From positions 42,286,001 to 42,350,000 of the forward strand of contig NC_087251.1 of assembly GCF_037042905.1 (NCBI RefSeq): a stretch of 64,000 nt of DNA. Direction: 5' to 3'. The position numbers and the translations under genes were made by a program. This DNA is from Lytechinus pictus. Lineage: Eukaryota. Shown here one piece after another: positions 8,646 through 20,337 of the stretch. How positions within the stretch are numbered: position 1 is the stretch's first letter; each line of letters starts with the position of its first letter. The notes beneath the pieces were generated by a model, which saw only the letters and a list, made by a program, of their open reading frames with translations, searched no databases and was not told where the DNA came from.

Positions 8646-10853
8646 CTATTGTTGCTCGAGCCAGGGTGTGGCCTCCCTCTCCTCCTCTGACTCGCTCGAG
8701 TTTGACGCCTCCTCTTCCCTGAGGACCGAAGCGGAAGCCACGGGGCTTTTATCAGGACAATCTTTCCTAAAATGTCCCGGCTTACCACACTTGAAACAGC
8801 CCTCAGTCCTGGGTGCAGGGGATGGCGATCTCCCTCGTCTTCCTATTTGTGACATTCTTCTATTAAGATTATCCATGGAGGACTGCAGTTTCTCGAATTT
8901 CTCATCCCAATCGGAAACCCTCTCCTCCAAAGCCCGCGTGCGATTATCCAACGCTGACACCAACTTGGTCAAGCTTTCACCCTCTGAAGATATCTTACTC
9001 GAAGTGCCAGGCACTGAGCTGTTCTTCTCCAGCCGGGGTTTATTAGCTGGCGGGGGGGCACCAATCTGTTGGATCACTGCCTCTTCAGATGACCAAGCAT
9101 CTTGTGGCCAATGGACTATCTTGACCTCTGGTCTCCTCTGCCTGCCATACACAACCTTTTTCGAATGTATATACCAAGTCACATGATCCACAGCCTTCTC
9201 AACTGAGTCCGGCCGTAAGTTCAGGGCGTGCAAACCAGCTTCCCGTTCAGAACACCCCTGACAAAACTTCAATACCCCTTGTCTCTGTACTTGAGACTCC
9301 GGAACCCCTGGGAAAGTTTTAACAGCCAGGCTGACCACACGGTCAGCCCACTCCATGATTCCTTCCTCAGCCAGCTGGTGCGCCCGCATGAACTCCATTT
9401 GAGCTACCTCTAGAGGATCATCCGCGCCAAACCGGCGCTCCATCCTCCTCACCAGATCTTCAAAAGACATGTCTCTGTCACGCGACATCAGTAATGAGAA
9501 ATAGTCACTTCCAATACCTTTCATGCACCACCACATCTGATATTTCCTTTGAATGGAGGACCAGCCCTGCTCATCCGCATAGGCCATGAACTTGAGGTAA
9601 AACCCTCTCCAGCTCCCTCGACCATCATAGTTAATGGTCTTGGGGAGCGAACCCATGTGGCTCAATGACTGTGAACCCATTTGCCTGGAGCGGCCAGTAG
9701 TCTTGTGTGTAGAGATATTCCCCGAAGACTGGCTAGTGGTGGGGCTCTGGGGTAGCTGATGTGTTGCGGCCTGGTGCGGCTGGAACGCCCTTGACTGTGG
9801 TGGTGCCGGCTGGCAAGCTGTTGTTTGGACTTGCATCTGATTAGTCTGTGCATGTCGAGATGATGGGACTTGTGATACCGGCGTTGTTGTCATCTGATAG
9901 GATCCAACCGCTGCCGGTTGCACTGGCGGTGCCGCCTGCGGCTGCGGCAGTGGAGCCGCTGGTAGCTGTGGCGGCGCCTGTGGCGGTACCTGTGACGTTG
10001 CGGGCGCCTGCGCGCACCTCAGCGGTACACGCGTATACCATACAGTAGGCATGCGCGGCACTGGGGCCGCTGTTACTCTTGGCGGAGGGCCAGCCGATAA
10101 CTGCGGCGGTGGACCCACTGGGTCTACAAGAGGTTGGGTCGTCGCACTTTGTGGTGATTCTGTCGCTAACAGCTGGGCCGGTGGAACCAATGGGGCTCGT
10201 GGTGTTGCCGGCACTGTGGGTGGGCCAGATAGCCGCCTGACTGAAACATCATACTCCGACAAGTTGGGACCTGGTCTGGTCTGATGTAAGATCTGATGGG
10301 GTTCTTGGCCCCCAGTGCCTGGTTGTGAAGTTGGAGCTTGCACCCTTTCCAGCTGGGCTGGGCGTAAGACCTGCTGTGAGGGATTAACTTGCAACCCCTC
10401 CTGTAAAACTCTACCACCAAAGCCTGGGTGGGACTCTGACTGCCACCACCTCTCGGATACTCCTGGAGGGGGCGGATACCTCTGCCACCGATAAAATGCT
10501 GGGCTAACCTCCTGCACCGGGCTGGGTGCATGGGAAGACTGAAACAACTCTCCATCCGCTCCTATAGGTTCACCCATGATACCTCTATCATGATCCAGCA
10601 ACCCTTGTGCAAGCCCAGTAGACTGTTGTGATGCCGTACTAAAGGGCGTGAAGTCAAGCTGATCCAAAACCTCTTCCGGCAATGAAACCAATGACGAGAA
10701 ATAATCCCTTGTGATACCACCTTTACGTTCCAACAGCAAGCCTGCCACAGCATGACTTACTCCTGGAATGCCCACGAGTTCGTCATATGAACACTCGTTC
10801 ACCGGAAGTGGGCCTTCAATAACCTCAAAAGGGCTTACTATATCTGACAACAT
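8646..10853 (-). CDS. gag: Gag-like protein (735 aa): N-terminal HhH-like motif, P/Q-rich linker, capsid-like core, coiled coil, CCHC zinc knuckle
   Basis: YDGRGSWRGFYLKF-type Gag core; CFKCGKPGHFRKDC knuckle; lies directly upstream of pol. Confidence 0.92.
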   Translation of the reverse strand: MLSDIVSPFEVIEGPLPVNECSYDELVGIPGVSHAVAGLLLERKGGITRDYFSSLVSLPEEVLDQLDFTPFSTASQQSTGLAQGLLDHDRGIMGEPIGADGELFQSSHAPSPVQEVSPAFYRWQRYPPPPGVSERWWQSESHPGFGGRVLQEGLQVNPSQQVLRPAQLERVQAPTSQPGTGGQEPHQILHQTRPGPNLSEYDVSVRRLSGPPTVPATPRAPLVPPAQLLATESPQSATTQPLVDPVGPPPQLSAGPPPRVTAAPVPRMPTVWYTRVPLRCAQAPATSQVPPQAPPQLPAAPLPQPQAAPPVQPAAVGSYQMTTTPVSQVPSSRHAQTNQMQVQTTACQPAPPQSRAFQPHQAATHQLPQSPTTSQSSGNISTHKTTGRSRQMGSQSLSHMGSLPKTINYDGRGSWRGFYLKFMAYADEQGWSSIQRKYQMWWCMKGIGSDYFSLLMSRDRDMSFEDLVRRMERRFGADDPLEVAQMEFMRAHQLAEEGIMEWADRVVSLAVKTFPGVPESQVQRQGVLKFCQGCSEREAGLHALNLRPDSVEKAVDHVTWYIHSKKVVYGRQRRPEVKIVHWPQDAWSSEEAVIQQIGAPPPANKPRLEKNSSVPGTSSKISSEGESLTKLVSALDNRTRALEERVSDWDEKFEKLQSSMDNLNRRMSQIGRRGRSPSPAPRTEGCFKCGKPGHFRKDCPDKSPVASASVLREEEASNSSESEEEREATPWLEQQ

Positions 10854-11083
10854 GATGTATCAATTAAAAATAACAACTTTCCAAAACACAAAATTACCTT
10901 AAAACCCAATTGGGTAACACCCCACTCCCCGTCAAACAAAAAGGCGAACCACCGGGGTGAGAAAAAACCCTAAAGACAGAAATCAGCACCTGCAAAGAAA
11001 AATATACCAACGCTTAGTCGGCCTAAACTAACAAGTACCAACTCTTCGGTGGTCTAAGAAAAAAACGAAGTCCAAACACAGCA

Positions 11084-11538
11084 GAATTAATCTCTAAATG
11101 TAGTAGAAAAAATAATCCAGGAAAGGTGTCCCTTTAAGTTCAGAAAACACAAGAATTAATTTCTAGATGTAGAAAAAATAATTCGAGAAAGGTGTCCCTT
11201 TAACTTCAAAAGACCCACGAATTAATATCTAGATGTAGAAAAAATAATTCGAAAAAGGTGTCCCTTTAACTTCAGAAAACCCCCGAATTAATATCTAAAT
11301 GTAGAAAAAATAATTCAGGAAAGGTGTCCCGTTAAGTTTAGAAAACACAAGAATTAATTTCTAAATGCAGAAAAATAATTCTAAAACGGTGTCCCTTTAA
11401 CTTCAAAAGACCCACGAATTAATATCTAGATGTAGAAAAAATAATTCGAGAAAGGTGTCCCTTTAACTTCAAAAGACCCACGAATTAATATCTAGATGTA
11501 GAAAAAATAATTCGAAAAAGATGTCCCTTTAACTTCAA
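11084..11538. repeat. Leader tandem array A: 7 units of ~66 bp
   Basis: Unit GAATTAATWTCTAGATGTAGAAAAAATAATTCGARAAAGGTGTCCCTTTAACTTCA... starts at ~11084, 11153, 11219, 11285, 11351, 11416, 11482. Confidence 0.93.
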
Positions 11539-11746
11539 ACACCAAAGTCAAATGCTAGATTCTGAAGAAGAATTCAAGATCACGTAAAGGACCCTAGCCC
11601 GGTAAGCTAGGAAAGTGTGCATCAAACGTCCAAGTCAAGAAGGTAACAGAACCTTGTAGCTCTAATTGTAGTCCAAATGTAAACACACCAGAAAAATAAA
11701 TACTAACACCTATCGTTAGTCTAAAAAAATATAACAACAACAGGGG

Positions 11747-12355
11747 GACTAAGACGGGAGACTTATCCCTTTAATCCAAAATTAATCCTTATAACAGTCA
11801 CAAATAATCCGGAAATAACTAGACTAAACGGGGAGACTTATCCCTTTAATCTAAAAATATTTTTGTAAAGAGCCAAAAAATATTTTTATACCGCTAAACT
11901 AAACAGGGAGACTTATCCCTTTAATCCAGAAATATTTTTGTAAAGAGCCAAAAAATATTGTATACAGCTAGACCAAACAGGGAGACTTATCCCTTTATTC
12001 TAGAAATATGGTTGCAGAAAGCTGAAAAATATTTTATTACAGCTAAACTAAAGAGGGAGACTTATCCCTTTAATCTCAAAATATTTTTGTAAAGAGCCAA
12101 AAAATATTTTATACAGCTAAACTGAACAGGGAGACTTATCCCTTTAATCTAGAAAATATTTTTGTAAAGAGCCAATAAATATTTTATAACAGCTATACTA
12201 AAGAGGGAGACTTATCCCTTTAATCTCAAAATAGTTTTGTAAAAAGCTGAAAAATATTTTATCACAGCTAAACTAAAGAGGGAGACTTATCCCTTTAATC
12301 CACAGATATTTTTGTAAAAAATAATGTGAGTCAGGAACTATGTCCCTTTAATCCA
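11747..12355. repeat. Leader tandem array B: 8 units of ~75 bp plus a partial unit
   Basis: Core GGGAGACTTATCCCTTTA recurs at ~11756, 11831, 11906, 11980, 12055, 12130, 12205, 12280. Confidence 0.93.
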
Positions 12356-13125
12356 ACTCAGCGTATCACGCAAATATCTAGAAATAAGATAGACGAATAG
12401 GTCTCAGCGGAAAGTCTACCCCTGTTCTTACAAACAAGATATAAAATAAAATATAAAAGAAATCAAAAACTAGCCTAGAATATGTAGCACAGCCCAACTA
12501 GGAACTGCAACTACTCCGTCACTCTGACAGATCGATGCAGGCGCCAGACACACTCTCACTGCTAGATCTATGAAAACGCTATCGGTATGACGACAGGCAC
12601 ACTCTCACTGTTCGGGTCGGTCAAAACGAAACGATAGTGCTATACGCCGCAGGTCACAACGAAACGATATTGCTAGACGCCTTAAACGATACCCACACTC
12701 TACACGGCAGATCGTAAGCTCCGTGCCCAATGTGACCGCTGCGATACCAAAACGATATCCAAAGCCAACGGAAAATCCCCAAAACGCACGTGGAGAAATA
12801 TTCACCTCGAGATGGTTGCGAGGGAGCGCGATAGATAATTGAACAACTTGAGCAAGTTCAATCACCACTCGAAAAGTTTGCAAATCACTAAAACGTGAAT
12901 CTAAATAACACACAACACAAGCTCAGCACCCTGCAAAATATCACAAGCTCAGCCCCGGAAAGTTAACAGTCCCACTGTCACCCTCTCCCCCGCCAACGCA
13001 AGCAAATTTCACCCCGTACTGACGCATGTGCGATAGACACAATAAATCACTGCTGACCGCCACCGAGCAAGCAGCGGGCAGCTATAGGCCTAGCAGTCAC
13101 CACGACTCCGCAAACGCGATTCGCA

Positions 13126-13140
13126 CTGCTGACTACGCCA
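13126..13140 (-). promoter_or_regulatory. Primer binding site complementary to the tRNA-Ser 3' end
   Basis: Minus strand TGGCGTAGTCAGCAG, 1 nt inside the LTR end; the usual tRNA-Ser PBS is TGGCGTAGTCGGCAG. Confidence 0.88.
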
Positions 13141-13141
13141 A

Positions 13142-13570
13142 TGTTGTTCGAGTGCTCAGTTCGAACAATCTTAAAAGTGGAAATGTACTGCACAAAAGAC
13201 GAAATACATGCATCACATATATTCAGTCAAAAGTATATTGACTCACCGTAAGTTCTGTCCCACGATGAATCCAGTAGAACAACTGAACAGGTAGAAAACA
13301 GCAATATAACTCAGCAATAACAACAGTATAACTTCTCAATAGGTTGGTTCCAGTACATCTCTCAGCAGTATCCAAAGATGGCGATGCCGTCCGCATCCTC
13401 CATCACGGGGTGTCGAATCCCTGCTTCTGATTGGTCACCTCTGGTGAAGTTGCACGCGGCACTACATCTTGGCTTGCCATGAGGTCTCCAGCAGCAGACG
13501 ACGATGGTAGCAGACGACAAGGATCAGTAGCTGAAAACGCCAAATCGGCCTGGCCGTTTTCACTACAACA
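13142..13570 (-). repeat. 5' LTR (429 bp)
   Basis: Inverted ends TGTTGT...ACAACA abut the PBS; contains a CCAAT box (minus, ~13430), a YY1-like CGCCATCTT (minus, ~13375-13383) and a GTGAGT donor (minus, 13241-13246). Confidence 0.85.
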
Positions 13571-16500
13571 TGTACGAGTATGACTGTCAGTGGACCAAGG
13601 AGTCGGACTAGATCTAGATCTACTCTCGGTCAATAATGGCAATGAAGTCTTAGCCAGGAATAAAAGTCATAGTCAGACATCAAAAATTTCTAAACCGATT
13701 TTAGGGTTTAGAACCGAAGCTTTACTTTCTAGGTCTAGATAGATCGAGAGTCCATCTTTAGTCTAGATCTAGACCTAATTTAGATACATGAATGCTGTCG
13801 CACAGCATTGAGTCTCGTTGGACTAGATCTATACTTTCTTACAAATAGATCTAGACCTAGTGCATGAGATTATGAAATTATGTTAAAATCTAATGAAATA
13901 AGATTCGGAAATAAAAAGATCCAGATTTTTTTTTTTTTTGGGGGGGGGGGGGGCAGACATGTGAAAAAATTTAGAGAAACCTAGAATTCAGAAAGCGAGG
14001 GCCAGAAGCGACCAATATTACCTAGGGCCGTTTTGTGCATTTTCTAAAGTAAAATTGAAGGATGTCATGCAATTCTCTTTTTGATGAAGGTTTTCACATT
14101 TCTGATTTCAGCTCTTACCCAAACCCCTCCCCCTATACATACGGCCATGAAAAAGATCACTTCTTATTATTGTTCTCTCTCTTTCACAAACAGGTTGAGT
14201 TTGAAGAACAAGAAAAACAGTAGAGGTCTATATATGGTTCAAGATGATGATCATAAGTGCATGCATCATTTTGCAGATTCTCATCCAGGTATAAAACTTA
14301 AACTAACCCATACAAAATTACAGATACATTGCATGCATTGAATGTTAACCATGTTTACATTAAATAAAAATAATCTGAGCTACAAAGAGGTAGGATCTGT
14401 AATGAATATACACTTCTTAAATATACAGGCTCTCGAGTCTAAAATAGAACCAATGCCAAAAGTTATGTACCTTGGACAAATTTATAAAATAAGGTCATGT
14501 CCTTGATCTACTAGTAATTAAATGGCCTTTTTATTTCCTATTTGTTTATAAACAAAGTGTAGGGATTGATTTTGTACTTATATTTCTTTCCACTCTTATC
14601 CAGGAATCATCCCCTTTTTCTAATAGAACATCCCTCATTTATATTCACCCTTTTCATCCTAACTTCCTATTCTTCATGTATAGCTCTCTCTTACACATTA
14701 ACTGCTGTACACTCCGTACACAAGGTTCTTTGGTATCAATTCACTCCACCATCCTTCATACAGCTTTCTTCACTCCTCTCTCTCTCTCTCACTCTCCTTC
14801 CTTGGTTATAATGTTAAGTTGATGCACTCAAGCTTAGATAATAATTTGCATATAGTTTGAATGGTCAATATATATCCTTTGTTTGTATATTTGAATATTC
14901 AGTTATACTTTGTTAATTGATTTACATTTATATGAATATTGATGTGCCTTAATTAATTTGCATGGAATGTTACAAAGAATGCAACAAGGCTTTGAGTCAT
15001 TAAAATCTGGGAGTTGGCCAGTAAGTTATCAACCTGACAACATGTCTGCTGGGCTGCCTCTGTGTTAAGAGTACTAGAAATGAGATATTGTCAGAACCCC
15101 GTACTACACAAAGCAATATTTATTTTTCATATTTTACAAAATTCATTTTATGCATTCTTTAGTGTGATATTCATATTTCATATTTGTAGATTTACGATTT
15201 TTTTTAAATCTTGTTATTTTACATTTTGTCCAATAGGATGATGCAGTTTTACAATTTCCATGGAGGTGATTGATGATGATAAACAATTGGTGAAGTAGGC
15301 CTAATAGAACAGTGATAGGACCACAAAGAGAAATACAACCTACAGCAGTTATATGAGTGAGTTAATAAGTGATTATTTTTAATAATGGGGGGTTTTCACA
15401 ATATTTTTAGGCAACAAATAGACCTGCCTTTGAAAAAAACATTTCAATTCTGTTTTTAGGTTATAGATAGGTGTCGTTTTTATTCGCAGATCAAAATATT
15501 CTGTGCAACAAAACATCATCTTTAATTCTGACTATTATATATAATTTATATATGTTAATTCATATATTCATATTTATGGGAAATCTCTGACATTTTTTTT
15601 ATATAGTACATGTAGTTATAATGGAGAGTGGTATGCAAACTGCATAGAACAGGTTTAAGTGATATGCTTTGTAGAAGTACAAGTTTATAATTAGTAGAAG
15701 TAAGATTTCCTATGTTATGTGATGAAGAAATTTATATACCGGTATGTATAGTCTTACTTTTCTTAAAACATTTATGTTTTACAAATCATGACAATTTTAA
15801 TTTAAATTCATTGATTTTCTTTCTCTATTTTTTCAATCTGCAGGACTGGTGTAACAGATGTTTTCATTCAAGAAACCCAACAAATTGAAGAGTGACTTAG
15901 CTTAGGAAGCACTTGATAAAGATGGAAAAGGTTTTTTTTTTTCAAGTCCAATTTTTTTTTTTTAAATTATCATCACAACCCCAAATTCATGAAGTATGAA
16001 ATTTCCTGTCGATTTTCATTAAAACTGGTTGCAAAAGGAAAAGCTATAAACATACAAATAGGAGCGGCGAAGTGAAGTTGAAAGTGGGGGGGGGGGCACA
16101 GGGAAAATGCTGTATTATGTGAAATTTTAAAGAAGTTGCGAGAGAGCAAAATTTTGACATTTTAAAAAAGAAAATCCAATTTTGTGATAGATTTCGACAA
16201 AATATTCAGAATGATATATTTCACCCTTTTTTTTTGGGGGGGGGGCAAGAGTCCTTCAGGCCCCCCCCCCCCTCCATCTGTAGTGTACGAAACTGCTTAT
16301 CTACCCCCACTCACATGAATTATTAAACTTAATGCACAAAGGATTTCCTTATTGTTTTCTTGTTTCAAAGGGCACTCGTCATTCTTTAGGAGCACTTTTC
16401 TTGGATAAATGGGGGCAGTTATTCGAGAAAGGGCACTTACAAGAAGGCGAGGGGGTACTTTTTAACACTTAAAACGGGCCCTCAGATGAAAGGGCACAGA

Positions 16501-19500
16501 ACACGTTCGGGGGGCATTTTTTGGTAAAAATTTGCATACAAGGAAGAGCACTTGGTAACACCTAAAACAGGTTCTCGTCCGGTGAAAGGTATACACGTTC
16601 GTGAGGGGGCATTTTTCTTACATAAAATTAAAGGCACTTTTCAGTGCTTCAAAAAGTAGGGGGAACTGTGCCCCCCAGGATCGCTGCCCCTGCATACAAA
16701 AAACATTTTCGTTCGATTCAAAGTATTAACATACGCTTAAGAAAAAAAGTAAGGCTAAATCCTCTGATAATGTGATATTTTTTTTGGCTATTAATAAAAT
16801 TCACAACTAACCATAAAATGCCTTCATGTCTTTCATTTGTATAGTATTTGTACAGAGCTAAAATGAAAGGGATTTGGAATTGGCAAAATTCAAATGAGAT
16901 GGAGATCGAGAGAGAGAAAGAGTGATGAGAAGGGGGTTGAAAAGAGATGAGAAAGAAATGGAGGGGCACATATGAAGAGATAATTTAGAGGGGGGGGGGT
17001 AAGAGAGCACGAATGGTGGGAAGTAGGAACAAAGGGGTGGAAGAGAAATAAGACGAGATTTATGGAAACCAGGAGACAGATAACAAGTGGGAAAAGAAGA
17101 AGGAAATATATGTAGGAGAAAGGCGGCACCAAAATAACGTGAGTGGGAAAATTATTAAATGGAAAAACAGAGCGAGAAATGCTGGAGAATAGAGGGGACA
17201 GGAAACGTATTAAACATGATAAACTGGGGCCCGTTTCATCATGAGTTACAAGTATGGTAATTATGATTGGTTATATATAGCCGTTACCATCATAGTTAAC
17301 TACGATGGTAACTGCTATAACCAATCATAATCTAGGTTACCACGGTAATCACAATAACAGCGATGTTTAAATAGCTGTAATTCATTATGAAACGGACGCC
17401 AGATGAAGAAAACAGGCACGGGGATCAATGAGGGCCGGGGCCGGCCCCTTACGTATTATACCTTGAACAAAAGATTTTTTTTTTGCTTCTCGAAATTTGT
17501 AACAAGAAATGTACTCTATTAGTGGTGACAAGTTATTTTTTTCAGTAACCATACTCAACCAGTGAAAATTACCATCAAATTGTAATAACCATGTTCTGCC
17601 CCCACCCGCCCCCCCCCCCTAGAAAAAGAAAAGAAAACAAGACTTTGGGGTCAGTGCAACAGCCCCCTTTGATCCGTTCGGCGGCCTCTGCCGGCTATTT
17701 AGAGTCTAGATTCAATTCAATTATTTTATTTTCCACTTTCAATTTCATATGTACAATTATGATACAATTGACAAAGTAACATATAATCACAATTGAATTA
17801 CATACAAAAATTGACAACATTATAAAATTACAATAGACAATTATCAAATCGAAATATAAATGATTGAAAGGGAGGGAGGGCCAACTGAAAAGCAGAGCTT
17901 GTATAATGTAGGCCCCCCTAATATTGATTAATTAATATTGATTCTTTACATTTGTTAAAAACTAAGATTGCTGTATATCTTAACATGCGACAATTTGGGG
18001 ATGGCAAAAGCACTTGAGACCTCTTTAACTAATCACGACTTGAAGACTACTCTTTTCATCTTCCCTTTATAGGCCTATAAGACACAATACAAACAATGCT
18101 TTGTTTTTAAGTGATATCGATTGTGATATCGATACTTTATTGAGCGCAATGTATCGTCTCAGATTTGCGCTTGCTTGATTCGCTGAATCCTTCGCGTCAC
18201 GAGCGCGTAACAAAATGAATACATTAATGAATTTGCCAAGTTGACCTTTGTCATTGCGCTGATGTGCGTATTGTCTATTACACGTACAAAACCACAGTCG
18301 ACGAGGGAGCATCGTACGAAATTAATATTAATGAGGGCTTATTTTAGCTTCTAATGGATTAAACAAAATGGCGGTAGCTTCGGGGGCTTGGTTGCAAGTC
18401 AAAAGTTTTATGAAACGGGCCCCTGCTCTGTTTTCCTCCATATATGCGCTTGTCACGTATGTTCACGGCCTCAACTCAGTGGAGCGCGCCATTGAAAGGC
18501 CTTTTCGCCTAGCAATATTGTTAGCGACGTTTGTTAGCATCACTTTGCTCACTCTCCAAAATGTCTGCGACATTAAAATTCTAAAAACAATGGATTTGTT
18601 CAATTTTAGTGAGGCTATGAATGTTTATCATTTACATTGACTATCAGTGTACCAACATATACCGAATTTACAAGCAAGTGTGGGTAAGACTTTGAATTAT
18701 CAGTCATTTCGATGCAATCCCAAAATTGATGAAAATATAACAGAAATTTGATATAGCAATGCAAAATCCTTATTTTCATATCCCCTTAATTTTTAATCAT
18801 TTGCAAAAGCATCTTAGTACGTTTCCTAGAATTTTTCACAACTGATAACGGTGGTGGCTTATTGATTCTAGTTTTTTTAAAGAAATGGCAGGCATTTGAA
18901 ATCAGGTAAATTGTTGTTATATTTTTAAAAGAAAATCGTTAGATTCGAACAACTTACTAATAGTTCTCCGAAAGAAGGGTTATATTCAATTATATGTGTG
19001 TAAATGATACATGACGACAAATTTTACGAGTATATCATTGCATGTTGGATAACCTTTTCCACGATGAGTTTCGTAATTGAGAGAAAAATCAAGTTCATTC
19101 CTAGCACGCGAGCCGCAGAATGATAAATTTTAGCGTGCGCACACGGGCTGATCGCCGTGTCTGCGGGGACGGATATCTAGTCCCATACTGGTGTAAGGTG
19201 GTATTTTCCACGTACCTTTTCCCCTTGTAATGACCACTTCGCACTTTAATACTTAATTTTGACACTTAATCTGTGAAATTAATGGTTTAACGACTTTGGA
19301 AAATGTTCGGAATATACCTAACACATAAATGATTTCATTTTCTAGAATTATTATTTCTTTCCTGAATTACCAAAAGGCAAATTTAGGTCAAGATTGCATA
19401 TACTCACATTGACTGTTTAGCATATAGCGCATATCTATTACAATTTCTATTATGTGTGTCTATATTAGATAAATTGTCCTGATGTAAATATATGTTATAG

Positions 19501-20337
19501 AATCATATTGGATACAAAAATCATGACGGGTGTCATGGTCTGAGTTTTCTTTGTGTATAACAAACAAAATACTGCATGATTCCAATTTTATTTGAACATG
19601 TCATCGTATGCAACGGCAATTTCAATCAGTTTATAATTTTCTTTTGCTTAGTCAGCGTTTATTTTTCAGTGTGCAGAATTGGTTCGCAAGCGGTTTTTAC
19701 ACCAAAGAGCTTGCCAAAGAGCTCATTCCTGGCACTTCGACTAAAGATGGATATGATTATTTTGTTTCTCATGGTTATCCATTTTTAAAAACAATATTTA
19801 TTTACTGCAGCCAACGAGTTCCTGACACAATTTATTTTTTGACTAAAAACTACATTATGAATGTCCCCCGAGCGGTCTTAAAATAAAAAAGAAATACCCT
19901 TTTTCGCAAATGAATCATAGTTGTAGCTGTAAAATTACTTTGTCTTAATTCCTTTCCTCTTAATTTAATATTTTAGTATTTCATTTACATAACCTAAATG
20001 AAGGAGGATTCGGAACGATTATTGTTTGATGATTATGGGTGTGAAAGGACCCCTCCCCAAAAATAATAATGAGTAAGAATAAATAAATAAATGAATAAAT
20101 AAATTAAATTAAATTAAATTAAAATAAAAGTCAGTAATCTTTAACAGGAGTTCGAAAGCTTATTTTCAGTGGGGTCCTCAACACGTATAGAATTGTAATT
20201 ATAAAAGGTAAAATCTGTTTACACTATAAATATGAATATGAAATATACTATTAAAAATAAATAAGATCTTGAGATGGTATGTACAAGAAATATATAAAAA
20301 AGAGAACGAAGAAGAAAGTTGAAGGTATAATGTTGTC

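Larger units (their letters stand above)
1..13570 (-). mobile_element. Ty3/Gypsy LTR retrotransposon with three intact ORFs (gag, pol, TatD-containing ORF3); 3' LTR lies left of the window
   Basis: LTR with TGTTG...CAACA ends, tRNA-Ser PBS, gag with CCHC knuckle, pol in PR-RT-RH-IN order, no internal stops in any of the three ORFs. Confidence 0.96.

Noticed and set aside
1280..10284. Many plus-strand ORFs opposite gag, pol and ORF3
   Set aside because: Shadow ORFs of GC-rich coding sequence
11084..12355. CRISPR-like array; AATTTCTA...TGTAGA resembles a Cas12a repeat
   Set aside because: Whole units repeat with no unique spacers, there are no cas genes, and the context is a eukaryotic retrotransposon leader
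13408..13430. TCGAATCCCTGCTTCTGA as an alternative PBS
   Set aside because: No CCA end and it lies inside the LTR; the site at 13126-13140 fits position and sequence much better
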